From NCBI RefSeq assembly GCF_026210795.1, contig NC_089430.1, positions 2,108,001 through 2,172,000 of the forward strand: a stretch of 64,000 bases of DNA, read 5' to 3'. Below the pieces are notes generated by a model. It made no database searches and was not told where the DNA came from. It worked only from the letters and a program-made list of their open reading frames with translations. The stretch is from Rhizophagus irregularis (lineage: Eukaryota). Both the position numbers and the translations under genes were made by a program. Shown piece after piece: positions 27,689-42,109 of this stretch (positions within the stretch are counted from its first letter, which is position 1; every line of letters begins with the position of its first letter).

Positions 27689-28641
27689 CATCAGGAGTTT
27701 AAAAAGGGTGTAGATTTGCAAAATTACACGTATGTAAAAAATCACGCAAATTCACGACACCTACGTGGGTATACGGGCGTGTAAAATCACAAATATTCTT
27801 AATAATGAGAATTCCTATATTAATTTAATAAAAAAATTTTTGTATTTTTAAATATAAGGGAATACACGATAAAATTCTTCTCTTCCTTTCTTTTTCTTCA
27901 TGTTCCCTTCACCTCTCTCCTTTCCTTCATTTGTTATTTCTTTCCTTAATATTTTTATTTACTCGGCATAATTTTTTTATATTTATTTATTTATTTTTTT
28001 TTTGCTTACCTTAGGAATCGAACTGATTACCATGAGTTATTTTATTATATATCATATCTCGCAACTTAACCACTATGTTATTTAACTTTTTTTATAATTT
28101 ACAGTATTATATTTTATATTTATCTTAAAAATCATACTTTTTGAGTAAGTTACGCAAAATTGCATATTTACATGTTTTTTTATATCATAAAATGGTGTAA
28201 CTATCTATTTATATAAATCCACACTACTTTTTTAAACGCAAATTTATCAAAATATTTCGAATTGTTGTATTTATGTATGGATTGCTTAAAATCATATGTT
28301 TGTACAATTTTTTAGAATGTGAATATCCGAAACTACTTGTTTATGTAAATTTACACAATTTTTTTTTAGATGGAAATTTGTTGAAATATTTTAGACTGTG
28401 ATTTTATATATAGAATACTCAAAATTATGTATTTATACAATTTTTCAGAATATAGATTTTTGAAAATATCTGTTTATAAAAAATCTATGCAATTATTTTA
28501 GACACGAATTATCAAATACTATATTTTAAGTGTAAATTAAACAATATCGTGTATTTACGAGTTTTTTCAAGGTGTAAATTTTCGGGATTACCCATATTTG
28601 ATAAATCTACATTAATATACACATAATTTAATCTCCTGATG
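27689..28641. mobile_element. Non-autonomous TIR element (about 950 bp)
   Basis: catcaggagtttaaa versus tttaatctcctgatg (14/15 inverted match), plus inner gtgtagattt / aaatctacat. No TSD seen. Confidence 0.55.
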
Positions 28642-29745
28642 AGATTAATACTTCCCTCGGTACTGCCGGATGCACAAAATATTACTTGGTCTTATTAAAA
28701 CAGTAAAAACAATATTATATATATCATGATAATTATTGTGTTATGTTCAACTTTTTTTTTTAATAGCCAACATGAATTCTATTATTCCCTTACCAGTATT
28801 ATGTTCTATCTCAAGCTTTTGTTTCATTATATCAAGTTTATAGTCTTCTAAGTAATGCATATTAAGAGAACAGTTATTAAAATAGATAATTATAGGTGTA
28901 TGATAATTATTTTGATTTTGGTAATTTTTTTTTTTCATTAATTTCATTAGGTATTTGCACAACCTTTCAATTTAATATAATATTTATTATTCACTTACCA
29001 ATAGATTTGGGTAACACAACAATGTGTACGCGATTTTCAACAGGTTATTCAGTAAAGACATCTCCAACTGTATTTGGAGGAATTTCTGGCCATTTAGCAC
29101 ATTTATAATATTCACATTAGGATCATCAAGGTTGTTTGAGTTGAAAGAAATATTAACAATCCATAATCTAGTAAGTAACCTTGCTTTAATTTTATCAAAA
29201 TCAGGTTTTCCCAATTAAATTCTTTTAAGCCTTTCAACAGTGTCATTATTATTTTCTGTAACTTTGAAATAACAATCTATTGTTTCACCATGGACTAGAA
29301 GTTGATTGTGATCCTTCTAGGAGCTATAGCTGACTTTTTAGGAGTAATGTGAATTTTGTAGACTTAGAAGGAACAGCAGTTGTGGACCTTGATTACATCT
29401 TTAGAAAAAAATTTTTTTGTTAATACACTCAGGTAATATGGTATAAGTTGTACAAGCAAATAAATTACACAATTTATCATATTAATTATACCACAGTTTC
29501 TAATGATGATTTTTTTCTTGATATTCTCATGGATGATGTTTATTTAAAAAGATGGGTTAAAAAAAGTCTATCAATATTAAATAAAAGTCTATCAATTTTA
29601 AAATAGTAAGTCTATCATTATTATTTTCAAAAGTACATTAAAAAGTTGGAACTATAATATTCACGGAGTCACTGTAATATCATAATTTTCAATGACTGCC
29701 CTGTGAAAATCACTCATGATATTCCATTACTTATTTGGATGATAA

Positions 29746-30109
29746 GGCTGCTCCAATTTAATAGTTTGTTTAACGTCCTAACTTTATATAAAAATTGAGG
29801 GGGGGAGGGGGTCAAATTAAGTAAACATTTAAAAATAAACATAGTTTTTTCTTTATCACTCAATGCATTTTTACTAAAAATACATCTTAATTTATTACAG
29901 ATAATGCAATTAATAAGTTTACATATATTACTTTTATTAATTATACCATTTTCTTTGGTAGATTCAATTACACTGGAAAGAAATTCTTTTAAATATTATA
30001 CAGATCGGTGATGTTATTATAAGTCACGTGATATAACATATGTTTGTTTATTTTCAAAAATTTTTTGGGGGGTGGGGTACGTTAAACAAACTATTAAATT
30101 GGAGTGGCC
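29746..30109. mobile_element. MITE with about 31-bp TIRs and TAA TSD (Zator or PIF/Harbinger type)
   Basis: taa|ggctgctccaatttaatagtttgtttaacgt ... acgttaaacaaactattaaattggagtggcc|taa. Confidence 0.8.
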
Positions 30110-31904
30110 TAATCTAAATTAAGGTAAAAATGTACTTAAAAGATCTGGATTATTAAAATTTTTTTCAATTAAATAAATTATTTACTGATCATTTCTTACC
30201 ATATTTGGATAAGAAAAGTTTATAATTTGGCTTAATAATATCCAATAAACGTTTTTTTTTTATTTGTGATTTATTTACCTTTATATTTTACAATAAAACT
30301 AAAGAAAATACTTCTAATTTAAGGATTCAATAAAAATTATATAAGACAATTAGTAACTATATTTTTATATATATTATTTAAAGTGGTTTTTGTTAAATAA
30401 AAAACTAATTTTAAATTTAATAAATTTAGATCTTAATATACTTAATATTCAATTATTACCATTTACTATAATGTGTTCTTGTATCTTGTATAGTTTTACT
30501 AACATAGATGAGAATTAGTATAAGGGATAATAGATTATAATAATCTCATAATATTTCCTGTTGAATTCAAATCAATTTAACTCTTTTTTTTTGATTTAAT
30601 AAATAGTTCAATTTTACCAAGATATTTTGAAAGTCTTATTCCTTTGTATTTAATAATTTAATAAAGAAAGAGGTTTCAGTTAATAAAGTAAATTAAATTC
30701 ATGAAAAATTGAACTTAAACTCAGAATCAATATGATAATCAATAAGATAGTGGAATAATACTTAGTTACTATGCAAAATTTTAAAAATGTATAGTTAACA
30801 TTAGTAGAATGAATTCCAAGTAATAAATAAAATCAAAAAAATAAACTTAAGCATAATAATTAAATTATTATAGAGAAACAAGAAACAATGAGTAGTATAC
30901 TAAAAATTGATTTTTGATCAAAAAAACGTCAAACTTGACGTTATTTAACCAAAAAAAAAGAATATTAAAATTAAATCATTTATATAAAATTTTCTATTGC
31001 AATTAAGACTTTTACTTTAAGAAAGCAAGATAATTAAAATTATACTTTCATTTATCTTCAAAATACATTGTTTAAAAATATGACTGAATTAAAATAATTA
31101 TAATTAGTATATAATTAAATCTTCAGGATTTAATAAACTTACTCAGAGGAGACGCTACGACTGAATATTTTTAAGTTGAAGAAAGAAAGATAAAATAAAT
31201 ATTTATTCTAGATATCTTCTTTCTTTTATTTTACTTATGTTATTAAAAAAATAATTTAGATTCTAATTTTTCTTAACTAAAAATATTGAAGTAATAGTAA
31301 CATTACAAGTACTATGGTAGACAACTTAAAAAAGTATTAAAATATGAAGAAATGGCGATATTATTAGTGTAATAACATGTTACACTGTAAACCTTAGAAA
31401 AGTATCAAAATTATATATTATATATTTATCAAGATATGAAAAATTACTATATAAAATTGTTAACTTAGCTTACTCAAGAAAATAACCCAAAAATAATTAA
31501 CTAATTTATGATTGAAACTAAATAATATAGTATCATAGTAAAACTTAGCCTAATAGTTATATTTCTCAGTAATAAACATCATTTCATTATTCCTATGTCA
31601 TGACTAGCTATAGCCTGAATGCATTTCAACACAAATTGAAATAAAATATTTTGGACATATTATACAGCAGAAATGCATATTCTATTATACAAATTCTTTC
31701 AAATTCTTTATTCTTCATAGATATAATGAATATAATAGATTTGAGATTCATAAACTTTATTAAAAATGAAACGAGGATTATCTAAAAAATTGAATTGCCC
31801 GAAAGAATTTAGATGATTGTCTCAGGATATTAAAGAGTTATTTGTAAGGTTCGCCGCAAAAACGAACAAAGAGATGAAAGAATTAGGAATAACATCACTT
31901 AATA

Positions 31905-34900
31905 CATTGCAGAAACCCGTGATTTGTTACCATGCAGTTAAGAAATCGCCATCAAATCACAATGATCTATTGACCAACATGTGACGACATGGTATCAAAC
32001 GATCTCATGAAATTTTCGATAACATATCTTTACGAAGTTGTAAAATGCTATTAAATAGGTGGTGAATAGGTGGTGAATAGATGGTAATTGTCATCAAAAT
32101 TTAGTCAAAAAAACCAATTCAAGATAATTTTTCGATGCATTAAATATTACTTGACAATTTTTTATTTAATCAATATTAATCTTAATAAAACCTTATAAAA
32201 ATTCGGGCCAAAATTAATTATTCGACCTAAATTAGTAATGATCTACTATTTGATCTTGCGGGTAAAATTTTTGCCGATTGATCATGTGAATCATCACGTT
32301 TTTGAACAATGGCAAAATTAAACTTTTTTTACCCTTCCTTTTCGTACTTCCTTTTCACTTTCGTTCTTCCCTTTCCCTTTCGTTCTCCCCTTCCTTTTCT
32401 ATCTTTTTCTCACACCTTTTCCTGCCTTTTTTTAGACTCTTTCATCTCCTTCCCTTTCGTCCTTCCCCTTCCCTTTCATTCTTCCCTTTCCCTTTCATTC
32501 TCCCCTTCCTTTCTACCTTTTCCTCACGCCTTTTTTCCGCCTCTTTTTCTTTGAAGTACTGTAAGTTTCATTTCGAAACTTACATATTTTTTTTTTAATT
32601 TATTTTTTTAAATTTTCTCTTTTTTTTTTGTAGGTATCCAGTTCCTTCAGCATTGGACTTTTTAGTTGGATTTCTTGGCGTTGGACGCCACTTGGCTTCA
32701 GTGTTCTTTTTTGTAGGATGGTACCTTGCTGTAAATCAACATCTTGGAATGAATCGGTAAGTTTTGAAGCAAATCTTTGCTTCAAAACTTTTTAAAATCT
32801 ATTTTATCTTTTTTTTTAATATAAACAACGAACTAACATTTCTTTTTTATTGTTTTATTTTGCAGGAGCTGGTGGTCACAAAATCGGACTTTAAAATAAG
32901 AAACGAAGGAGGATTTATTTTCTTTTTATTTTTAAGAAACAAACTAAATTTTTTTTGTTATTTTTTTTATAGGACGTGTAGGAGGAACATATCAGATATA
33001 AGAAAATTGACCGACATTGATAGAAAGATGAGTAAGGACTTTAAGGTAAGAAATGGGGAAAGGGAAGGAAGAAGAGGATTCTGTTATTTTAAATTTAAGA
33101 AATGAACTAACGTTTCTTTTTCATTGTTTTTTTTATAGGATGCCGGCTTGAACACAAACCAGACTTTAAAGTAAGAAATGGAAGGGGGATTTATTTTCTT
33201 TTTATTTTTAAGAAACAAACTAACATTTTTTTGGTATTTTTTTTATAGGACACATAGGAGTACGTACTTTAAGGTAAGAAATGGGGAAAGGGGAAGGAGG
33301 AAGAGGACTTTTTTTTATTTTAAATATGGGAAACGAACTAACATTTCTTTTCGTATTTTTTGTAGAGTGCCAGCTTGGACTATAAGGAGGGAAATTCGGT
33401 GATGGAGTTTTTTACTTTTTGTAAATAATTCTTTCAACGAAACATATAACGTTCCATTTTTTTCTTCTTTTTGTAGGCTGCTGGTTCTTCAGGATCTGGT
33501 CTTCGAACGCATGGACTCAATGGAGCTTTGCAATTTTTTAAAAAAATTTGTTTTTTTTAAAAATTTTTTTGTCTTTTTTTTTGTGGATGTCAGTTTCTTC
33601 GGGGACTTGAGTCTGGTAAGCTTTGATTCGAAAATTCAAACCATTTTTTTTTTTAATTTATTTTTTTTAATCTCTCTCTTTTTGTATGTATCGGTTCTTT
33701 CAGCTTTAGGACTTGAATATGTGATATGGTAAGTTTCTATTTGAAACTTATCCGTAATAATATTTTTTTAGCTTGTTTTTTTTAAAAAAAATTTATCTTT
33801 TTTTTTGTAGGCTTCCAGTTCTTTTAGCGTTGAACTTTGGAAGTTGGCTTCTTGGATTTCTTCAGTTGGATTTCTTGACGTTGATTTCATTGGCGTTTTG
33901 GAATAAATTGGTAAGTTTCGAAGCAAATCTTTGCTTCAAAACTTTTTAAAATTTATTTATTTATACTGTATATATTTAATTATTTTGATTTTTTTTTGAT
34001 TTTTTTTTCTTTTTTTGCAGGTACCGGTAAATTAAGCTTCCTGGGTCCTGATCAGTAAGTTTCGAAACGGTTCATTTCGAAACTTTTTTTAAGTTTATTT
34101 TTTAATTTTGTTTTGAAGATACTAACCGTTTCTTCTTTTGTCTATTTTGCAGGTCTCTTCAATTTTTTAGTCAGCTTCTTTCATTTTATTCAGTTCATCT
34201 GACATGCAATACATACAATTAGGGGTAAGTTTTGAAGTTCCACTTTACTTCGAAACAATTTTTTTTATTTTTCTTTTAGAAACGTTAACTAACATTTCTT
34301 GTTGCTTTTTTTTGTAGGATCTTGGATCGGTTATATGGGTTTCAAAGGTGTTTTGCATTTTGTAATTTAGACTGCTTTTCGTTTTGAACAGATGTGGATT
34401 TCGGTGAGTGGATTTTTGTAAACATTATTTTTTAACGAAACGTTACTAACATCCTCTCTTTTCTTTTTTTTAGACGGCTATTTTTTGGGAACTTTGGATG
34501 TGTGGGATGAATATCATTCATAGAGTTAATAAGGGATTTTACATTTATAGAATAATTTATATTAATAAAATAACTTTGTTGAATAATAATAGATTTGAGT
34601 ATGATTAGTTTTAGAATAGAATACTTTAATATTTCTTTACAACTTATTTAAAATAAATTAACTATAACTTTACTACAATTTTAATATTTGTTTAATAAAG
34701 TTTATAGAACACTTTACAATATATTTAAAATAAATAAATTATAACTTTACTACAACTTTAATATTTGTTTACTATAACTTATACATATATTTATTATAAC
34801 TTAAATATGTGTTAATTATAACTTTAATTTGTATTTACGATTTCAATACTATTTTTGTATGACTCGATTAAATCAGGTGTCGATTTCCTTAATATGCAGT

Positions 34901-35036
34901 AACTTTATACATACGATTATGTTAAACTTATCGTGGCAGTGTAAAACCATATCGTGACCAAGTCTTGGTTATAATTCCTACGATAAAATTTTGACATGGT
35001 CACGATATGGTTTCGATTTTAAAAGTTTCTGCAATG
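31905..35036 (+). mobile_element. About 3.1-kb non-autonomous DNA transposon, TA-flanked, with intron-rich non-coding interior
   Basis: Perfect inverted repeat aatacattgcagaaac (31901-31916) / gtttctgcaatgtatt (35025-35040), read as ta|cattg...caatg|ta. CT-rich tract at 32330-32550, then more than 10 short AG...GT blocks. Confidence 0.75.
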
Positions 35037-36354
35037 TATTTCTGATTCAAAAGCTGTATTAGAAAACGATGATGTCGGAATATAGGCATTAATTTATTTA
35101 GCCAAAATATTTAAAAACAGGCAATGTTTACCATTATTTTAAACAGAAAGATAAAAATATATGGTAGACTTCTTCTGAAAAATACAAGATGGGTATGATA
35201 TCTTTACTTTATGGTTTGCATCTTCTTTATATGGCTATTGGACAATGCCAAATTAGATGTATAAGATCGAAAAGTTTATTGTAAAAACTTTTGATTGAAA
35301 TCATGTACTGTACTTCACCTTTCATAACACTTTTCCAACTCATACTAAGACATTTTGCATTGTCAATCTCATATGTATATAATGTATTTGTATTTTAAAA
35401 TTGCACAAATTTCACCTAATATGTATAAATTAATTACATAGTACTTAAGTAGTCAGAATGACCAGAATTAAATAAATTCAAATTTTGTTAATTTATAAAT
35501 TTTCTTAGTAAAAAATTACTAATTATTTCTATCTGAACTAATTTAAAATACCGATGAGATTGTTTCTATTATACATAATTTATTTTAATACAAATTTTCG
35601 TTATTAATTATTTTCACTTTTTATTTTTTTGTTTCAATCTGTTCATCAATGTTAAAAACATACATCTATTTCAGTGTTAATAATTCAGCGTAAAATAATT
35701 GTATCCACTTCCACTCAATTTTAACTTAATTTAAAATTTATTCTTCATCCTGACCAAATTTAACAATACTCAAGAACAAGTAAAAGACAGACTTAGAAAT
35801 TGACAAACCAAAATAATTGCGTATCAATAAGCTGATATATACAGGGTTTTCTTAGAAACGAAACAAAAACTGATAATACTTCTATTACTGTATATTCAAA
35901 ATCCTTAATGGTGAAAGGAAGTAAAGATGTTGAATTTATTTAGTTGAATGGAATGTTAGAACCCTTATAGTCAATTCCTACAAACAACATAAACGCATAA
36001 TCATATAATTTTTAATAAGGTGAAACAAAAGTAAAATTAAAAATAATGATTTTTACGTACCAAACTTCGGATTGCGATATTGCATTTTCATCTAATATTC
36101 TGAATAGAAAAATGTATTCTCTACTTATTCACCTATGGATAAACTACCTTGGTCTTCAGGGTTCCACGAAACTAGTATGTACCAATACACTACACTATAC
36201 ATCTCTCAAAAATGTTTCTTCATCCTAAAATGAACGGATTCTAAGTGCTTTTAGTCATTTGAAAACCAGGTAACAACATTCAATGATTATTACAAGTATT
36301 ATTGCGCTTTTCAAAATTGTGCTACCCCCTGCAGGTCATCTAATAAAAAAGATT

Positions 36355-36515
36355 ATGAGATTATGATTACAGGAAGATTACTGGACAAAAACTGGATAAT
36401 TTTGTCCTGTAATTGTCCTGTAATTGTCCTATAATCATCCTATAATCGTCCTATAATCATAATCACTTGGTAATTGTCCAGTAATTGTCCTGTAATTGTC
36501 CTGTAATTATAATCA
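36355..36515. repeat. Short foldback repeat of 11-bp units
   Basis: Tandem tgtcctgtaat units with inverted copies attacaggaag / attactggaca upstream. Confidence 0.6.
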
Positions 36516-36654
36516 TCAAGTAATTATGACGTATACAGAATTCTGAAAACTGCGATAATATATTTATTTTACTAAATGATATGAATAAAATATACAAAAA
36601 TAACAAATAAATAAGATAACAATAAATAAGTAAATAAATAAATATCATTTATCA

Positions 36655-37867
36655 TTATTTCTTATTTAAAATTCTTTCTTGAATTCTATTAAAAATAACA
36701 TTAGAAGCATCTTCCCATTTAAGATCTAACATAACTTCATGACCTGAACCTTCAATCATATCATAACCAACACCATATGCTTCAGCAGTTTCTTCTACGT
36801 GTTTTAAATTATCAGCAAGTGCATCTTCTCCAGCACCAATTACGATCATTGGACATTTAATTTTTTTATAATCAACAAAGGATCTAGAAAATTCAGCAAG
36901 TCCAACAACACTACAATTTTTGTCTAATTTTGGATGAATTTCTTTAGCCATTGAATCAGGAAATGCCTTAGAAAAGAAAGCTTTCTTCATTAATTCAGGA
37001 GTTTCAATAATTAAATATGGATTTAATGTAAGTAATGCTTTAATTGTAAGCCAATCCACTTTACTTGAAAAGATACCAGATTTATTAATTAATGGTGATA
37101 CTGATGCAAGTAAAACCCCTCCTGACACCTTATGATGATTATCTTGAAGATATTTTTGAGTAAGTCCTCCACCCATTGAATGTCTAGTTAAAATTATAAT
37201 TTACTCATTAAATAATTTAATACATTTTAGTATAAAAAAAATCCATATATATATTTTTTATAATTACCCAACAAGGATAGGTTTCTCCTTAGTTTTTTCA
37301 GTGATTTCATCAGTCACAGATGATATATCATTTACCAATTCCTCCAACGTCCAAAATTTATCCCTTATTGGAGTTTTCGTACTTTGCCCATTTCCTCGGA
37401 AACTATATATGAACGAAATCATGTTTTAAATATGTAAAATTTTGAATTAATCATACAATTATGGTACTAACCTCAAAGAAAAACATTCATATCCTTTATT
37501 TGAAAACCAATTAGAAAAATTTTCCCAAGACCAAGCAGCGAGGAATGCTCCATGAATAAATAAGAGTGGCGGATAATTCTAATAAATGAGTAAAAAAAAA
37601 ATTAATAATAAATAGAAAATAAAATTTAATTTTTTTTATTTTGTAATCGTTTTCTTATTATTTTTTTTTTACCGTTTGTTTAGTAGGAGGATAATGTATA
37701 ACTTCAATTTTAACATTATCACTAGAATCAATAAAAATAGTTTCTTTATTAGATGTATTAGATGTATGAAATTGACTTAAATTAAATTTAGTCGTAAATG
37801 ATTTATTGATAATATTTTTATTTAAAAAAGAAAAATTTCTTTGTTTAAAAATTTTTTGTAAATTCAT
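36655..37867 (-). CDS. Alpha/beta-fold hydrolase (lysophospholipase/esterase-like), possibly mitochondrial
   Basis: Exons 37867-37673, 37578-37472, 37402-37268, 37183-36655. Motifs LLFIHGAF, GHSMGG nucleophile elbow, GED (Asp), GSGHE (His). Basic, acid-poor N-terminus. Alternative ATG at 37927. Confidence 0.9.
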
Positions 37868-38652
37868 CGTAAACGAATCAGCAGCAAATACTAAAACAAA
37901 AAATGGTTGTTGAACGTTGATCAACATGAGGTCATTTTAAAGTTAAAATTTAGTTTGTTACACGTTTACCCAAAAAGTATTAATCATATTACTTAATTAA
38001 ACCTAGTTTGTATGAGCTCACATTTCACAAAAGTTAAAAAAAAAAAAAAAATTTCACAAAAGTTCATTCAGGACCGCAGTTTAAAACCATAAAGTATTTT
38101 TAAAAATGTATTAACTGTTAATAATTCTTTAATTCTAGCCAAAATTAATGCACATATCCTTATTAAAATATTCGCTTTGTACGTAACAATAAAATAAATT
38201 TTCTAAAAAAAAAAAAATAATCGATAGAAGAATATGAGAACTTTAGAAAAACCATTAAAAAATAGTCGTAATACAGGAATTATACAGAAATAAAATTTTA
38301 GTCATTTCATGTTTTGTTACTAAATAAAATCAGACTTTTTTAGCTCATGATCATATAAATATATAATTGTCACAAAAAAGAAGTTGTAAACTAATAATAA
38401 ACCAAGAATAAAATTAAATTTTTATTTATCAATTGTGTTTCATTCTTAAAATATATAATAAACTAGACTTTTTCGGATCTGCATTTGCAAAAGTATTACA
38501 GAGACCGACTTGTTTACCATAAAAAGATAATTAATGTATTACTACATATATATCCATTGAATTCTTAAATTCGAAATCTGCATAATGCATAAAAATTCTG
38601 AATTATATTTCCGAAATAGATAAATAAATTTTCGTCTCATTAGTACTTAATA

Positions 38653-41600
38653 ATGGAAGGTTCTTTAGCTAAAAGTGCAAATAAATAGATAAAAGCAAAA
38701 GGATTAAAATCTAGTTCTATACCAATTTCATTTATTCCTTTCAATAAAAACAAGGATAACTGTGATTGTGGAAATAAATATTCTAAAACACTTTTATTTA
38801 ACCAAAAATATTGTAAAAAGTGCATATCTGGATATATTAAGCTTATACTAAATAATAATGACAATATTACTCCCTCAATAGATCAATTACATAACTTCTA
38901 TTTATTTAAATGGGTCATAATCGATGTTATCATATATACGGATAATAGTATTGTATGTAATAATCATGAAGATAAAGATTTTGATAAATACGAAATTCAA
39001 GAATTTCGAGGATGGTGTGAAAATTGCTCCAAAATTTTATATTTTAAACAAGTAATTAGTGATTACTTACCTTCTCCATCTCATATTGATGATAATTGTA
39101 AATTATGTGGAAAAGTAATCGACCAACATTTTCTTTTATGTTCAGATTGTTATCAAATTTCTTGTAGATGGGTAAAATCAACTTTAGCTGAAAATACTGA
39201 AAATTCTGTTCTAATTATTTATTTACCTTGGTGGGATACACACGATCAATGCATAATTTGTAGTTCACAACTAAATTTTACTTCGGATTATCAAAAATGG
39301 TGTTTATATTGCTGTATGTTTTATATTGGATGTAGATATTGTTTAACAACAAATATTATTTTCGGAATTACGAATTAATCTCAATGTAAAAAATGTGAAA
39401 GAACATCATTTATCAAAATCAATGTAACCGATATCAAAGAATCCTTTTTAACTCGGAATCATATTAATCAGATTTCCAATTATATAAGTAACATTGATAA
39501 AAATTCTAATCCATTAGAAGTGTATAATTTTATTAAAGGTCTTAATTGCTTCCCTTTAAAATCATCAACAGATCTAATTTCACATTCTCAAATTACAAAT
39601 TTGGAGAATAATGATGGGAATTCTGCTATGCCAATTATGTTTATTCCTTTTATTAATGAAGAAGAAACCTGTTATTATTGTTATTATTGTAAAAGGAAAT
39701 ATTCTCAAACACTATTATTTGAACAAAAATATTGCAAATATTGCTTATTCATTTATATTAAATATTCAGAAAATAACTATAATATAGATGTATGTGTAAG
39801 TACAAAAAATACTCAATGTGATAAACATGAACCTAGAACCTTGGGTTTTTGTGCAGAAAATATTCAAGAATGGTGTAGTTATTGTTCTGAAATTTCATTC
39901 TTTAGACAAATAGTTACAAAATATAAGTTTGACATAATGAATTATGATCAAAAAATTATTATAAATGATCATTCCCAATTTTTTTTTGAATCATTAGAAT
40001 CATCTTTAATTAAAAAGCCTATTGCAATCCTTTATTTACCATGGTGGGATGCTTATTATCAATGTTTAGCTTGTAATTCACAATTAGAACTTAAATCTAA
40101 TTGTCAAAAATGGTGTTCAAATTGCTTTATAATTTATACTGGATGTAGATATTGCTTGACAACAAATATCATTTTTGGAATTACAAGTCAATCTCAATGT
40201 AAAAAATGTAAAAGATTATTATTTACTAATATTAGTATCAGTGGAAATGATACAATGATACTATAGATAAATTTTTGTGTATTACAAAATTAATTATTGA
40301 TTATGATTTTCAAATTGATGATTATATTAAAAATACCAATCCATTAAAAATATATAGTTATATTAAAGATAAGTTGAATTCTTCCCCTTCAAAATTAAAA
40401 ATTGATTGGATTCCATATTCACAAATTAAAAATTTAGAAAAAATAGCAGAAGGTGGATTTGGTATTATTTATAAAGCTAAAATTGATGGAAAAGTTGTTG
40501 CTGTAAAAGGATTTTTAAATTCTCAAGATCCTAGTAACGATTTTTTAAATGAAGTAAGTAAAAATTATAGTATATTTTTGGAATGTTTTATTATATTAAT
40601 AATTTTTAATTTTAATATTTCTGTATTTTAGTTAAAATCACTATATCAATGTTATGATGAGAAATTTGAATGTATTATTAGATGTCATGGAATTACAAAA
40701 AATCCTTTAACAAATGAATTTATGTTTATAATGAAATTTGCAAATGGAGGAAATCTATATAATTATTTACATGATAATTTTACAAATATTACATGGAAGG
40801 AAAAATTATATATTTTATGGAGAATTTCAGATGGGTACATTATTTATAATTTTAATATCAATATTATGAAGATATTAACTAAAATTTTTTTAATTAGGTT
40901 ACAAACTATTCATGAAAAAGACTTCATACATCGAGATTTTCATAGTGGAAATATCTTGATTGAAATAATTGAAAATGGTTCATGTAAAGTAGACCAATAT
41001 CTGATTGGAGATTTAGGATTATCACAACCTGCAAATAATACTTCATCAAATAATGAAATATATGGTGTAATACCTTATATTGCACCAGAAGTATTTAAAG
41101 GTGCTAAATTTTCAAAAGCATCTGATATTTATAGTATGGGTATGATTATGTGGGAGTTAACGACTGGTTGTAAACCTTTTGCTAATATAGAACATGATAG
41201 TAATTTTATTTATGAAATTATTGATGGAAAAAGACCTGAAATTACGGATGATACTCCTGAAGATTTTGCTAATTTAATGAGAAAATGTTGGAATTCTGAT
41301 CCTAAAAAGAGACCTTTGGCAAAAAAAATTTGCGAAACTGTTAATCATTGGTTAACAACAAAAGATGATGATCATATTTTTAATCAAGCTGAAGAGATAC
41401 GATTAGAATTAATAAAATCAAAATCACTTGGTCCCGAATTCAGTAAACCTCGTCATTCGCATGCAATTTATACAAGTAGACCATTAAATTCTTTGATCTC
41501 CAAATCTTCTGTTATTTCTTCAATGACTTCATTTAATATGAAAACAAAGTATGTACTCTATTTCTTTTACGTTTATAATATCGTTAGCATTAACAATATT

Positions 41601-42109
41601 AGCAATAATTATTTAATTATCTTAGATAATAAGCTTGAGACATTAATTGAAGAATCAAATACTGATATAAATGGTAATTCTTAACAAGTATAATTAATAT
41701 CAAAAGAACTTAATTAATTATTTACCTTCTTGTTTCTTTTAGAATACATTACAAAAGAATATGAGCTAGATATAGATGATACTCAAAGGTACGAATAAAA
41801 AGAATAAAAATTTTGCTAATATTGATGATATTAATTTGAATTATTATATTTTAACCAAATAGAGATTCTATTATTCAAAATTCAAACATTCAGTATTGCT
41901 CAAATTCATTAAATTCAGAAACTAATCCTTTAAGAAAGCGAAATATTGAAGAATTAAATGTTGAAATTCAAGATAATGGTAAGTAAGCTTTTATTTATAC
42001 AATGCAAAAGCAATTATTATATTATATTAATTTTTATTTTTTATTTAAAAAAAAAATAGGAAAGCATATTAAAATAAGTGACGAAATAGACAAAGAAATT
42101 AAAGAATAG
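38653..42109 (+). pseudogene. TKL kinase with duplicated Cys-rich N-terminal domain, disrupted
   Basis: In-frame TAG 38686 and TAA 39376. 8-bp tandem duplication aatgatac (40246-40261) shifts the frame. Kinase motifs GGFG, VAVK, HRDFHSGN, DLG, APE intact. 3' exons parallel those of 1-1147. Confidence 0.8.

Noticed and set aside
28642..29400. Minus-strand ORF fragments, possibly a decayed gene
   Set aside because: Frames are broken and I recognise no motif, so no product can be supported.
32302..33732. Phe-rich ORFs
   Set aside because: Translations of CT-rich and T-rich intron-like tracts inside a TE.
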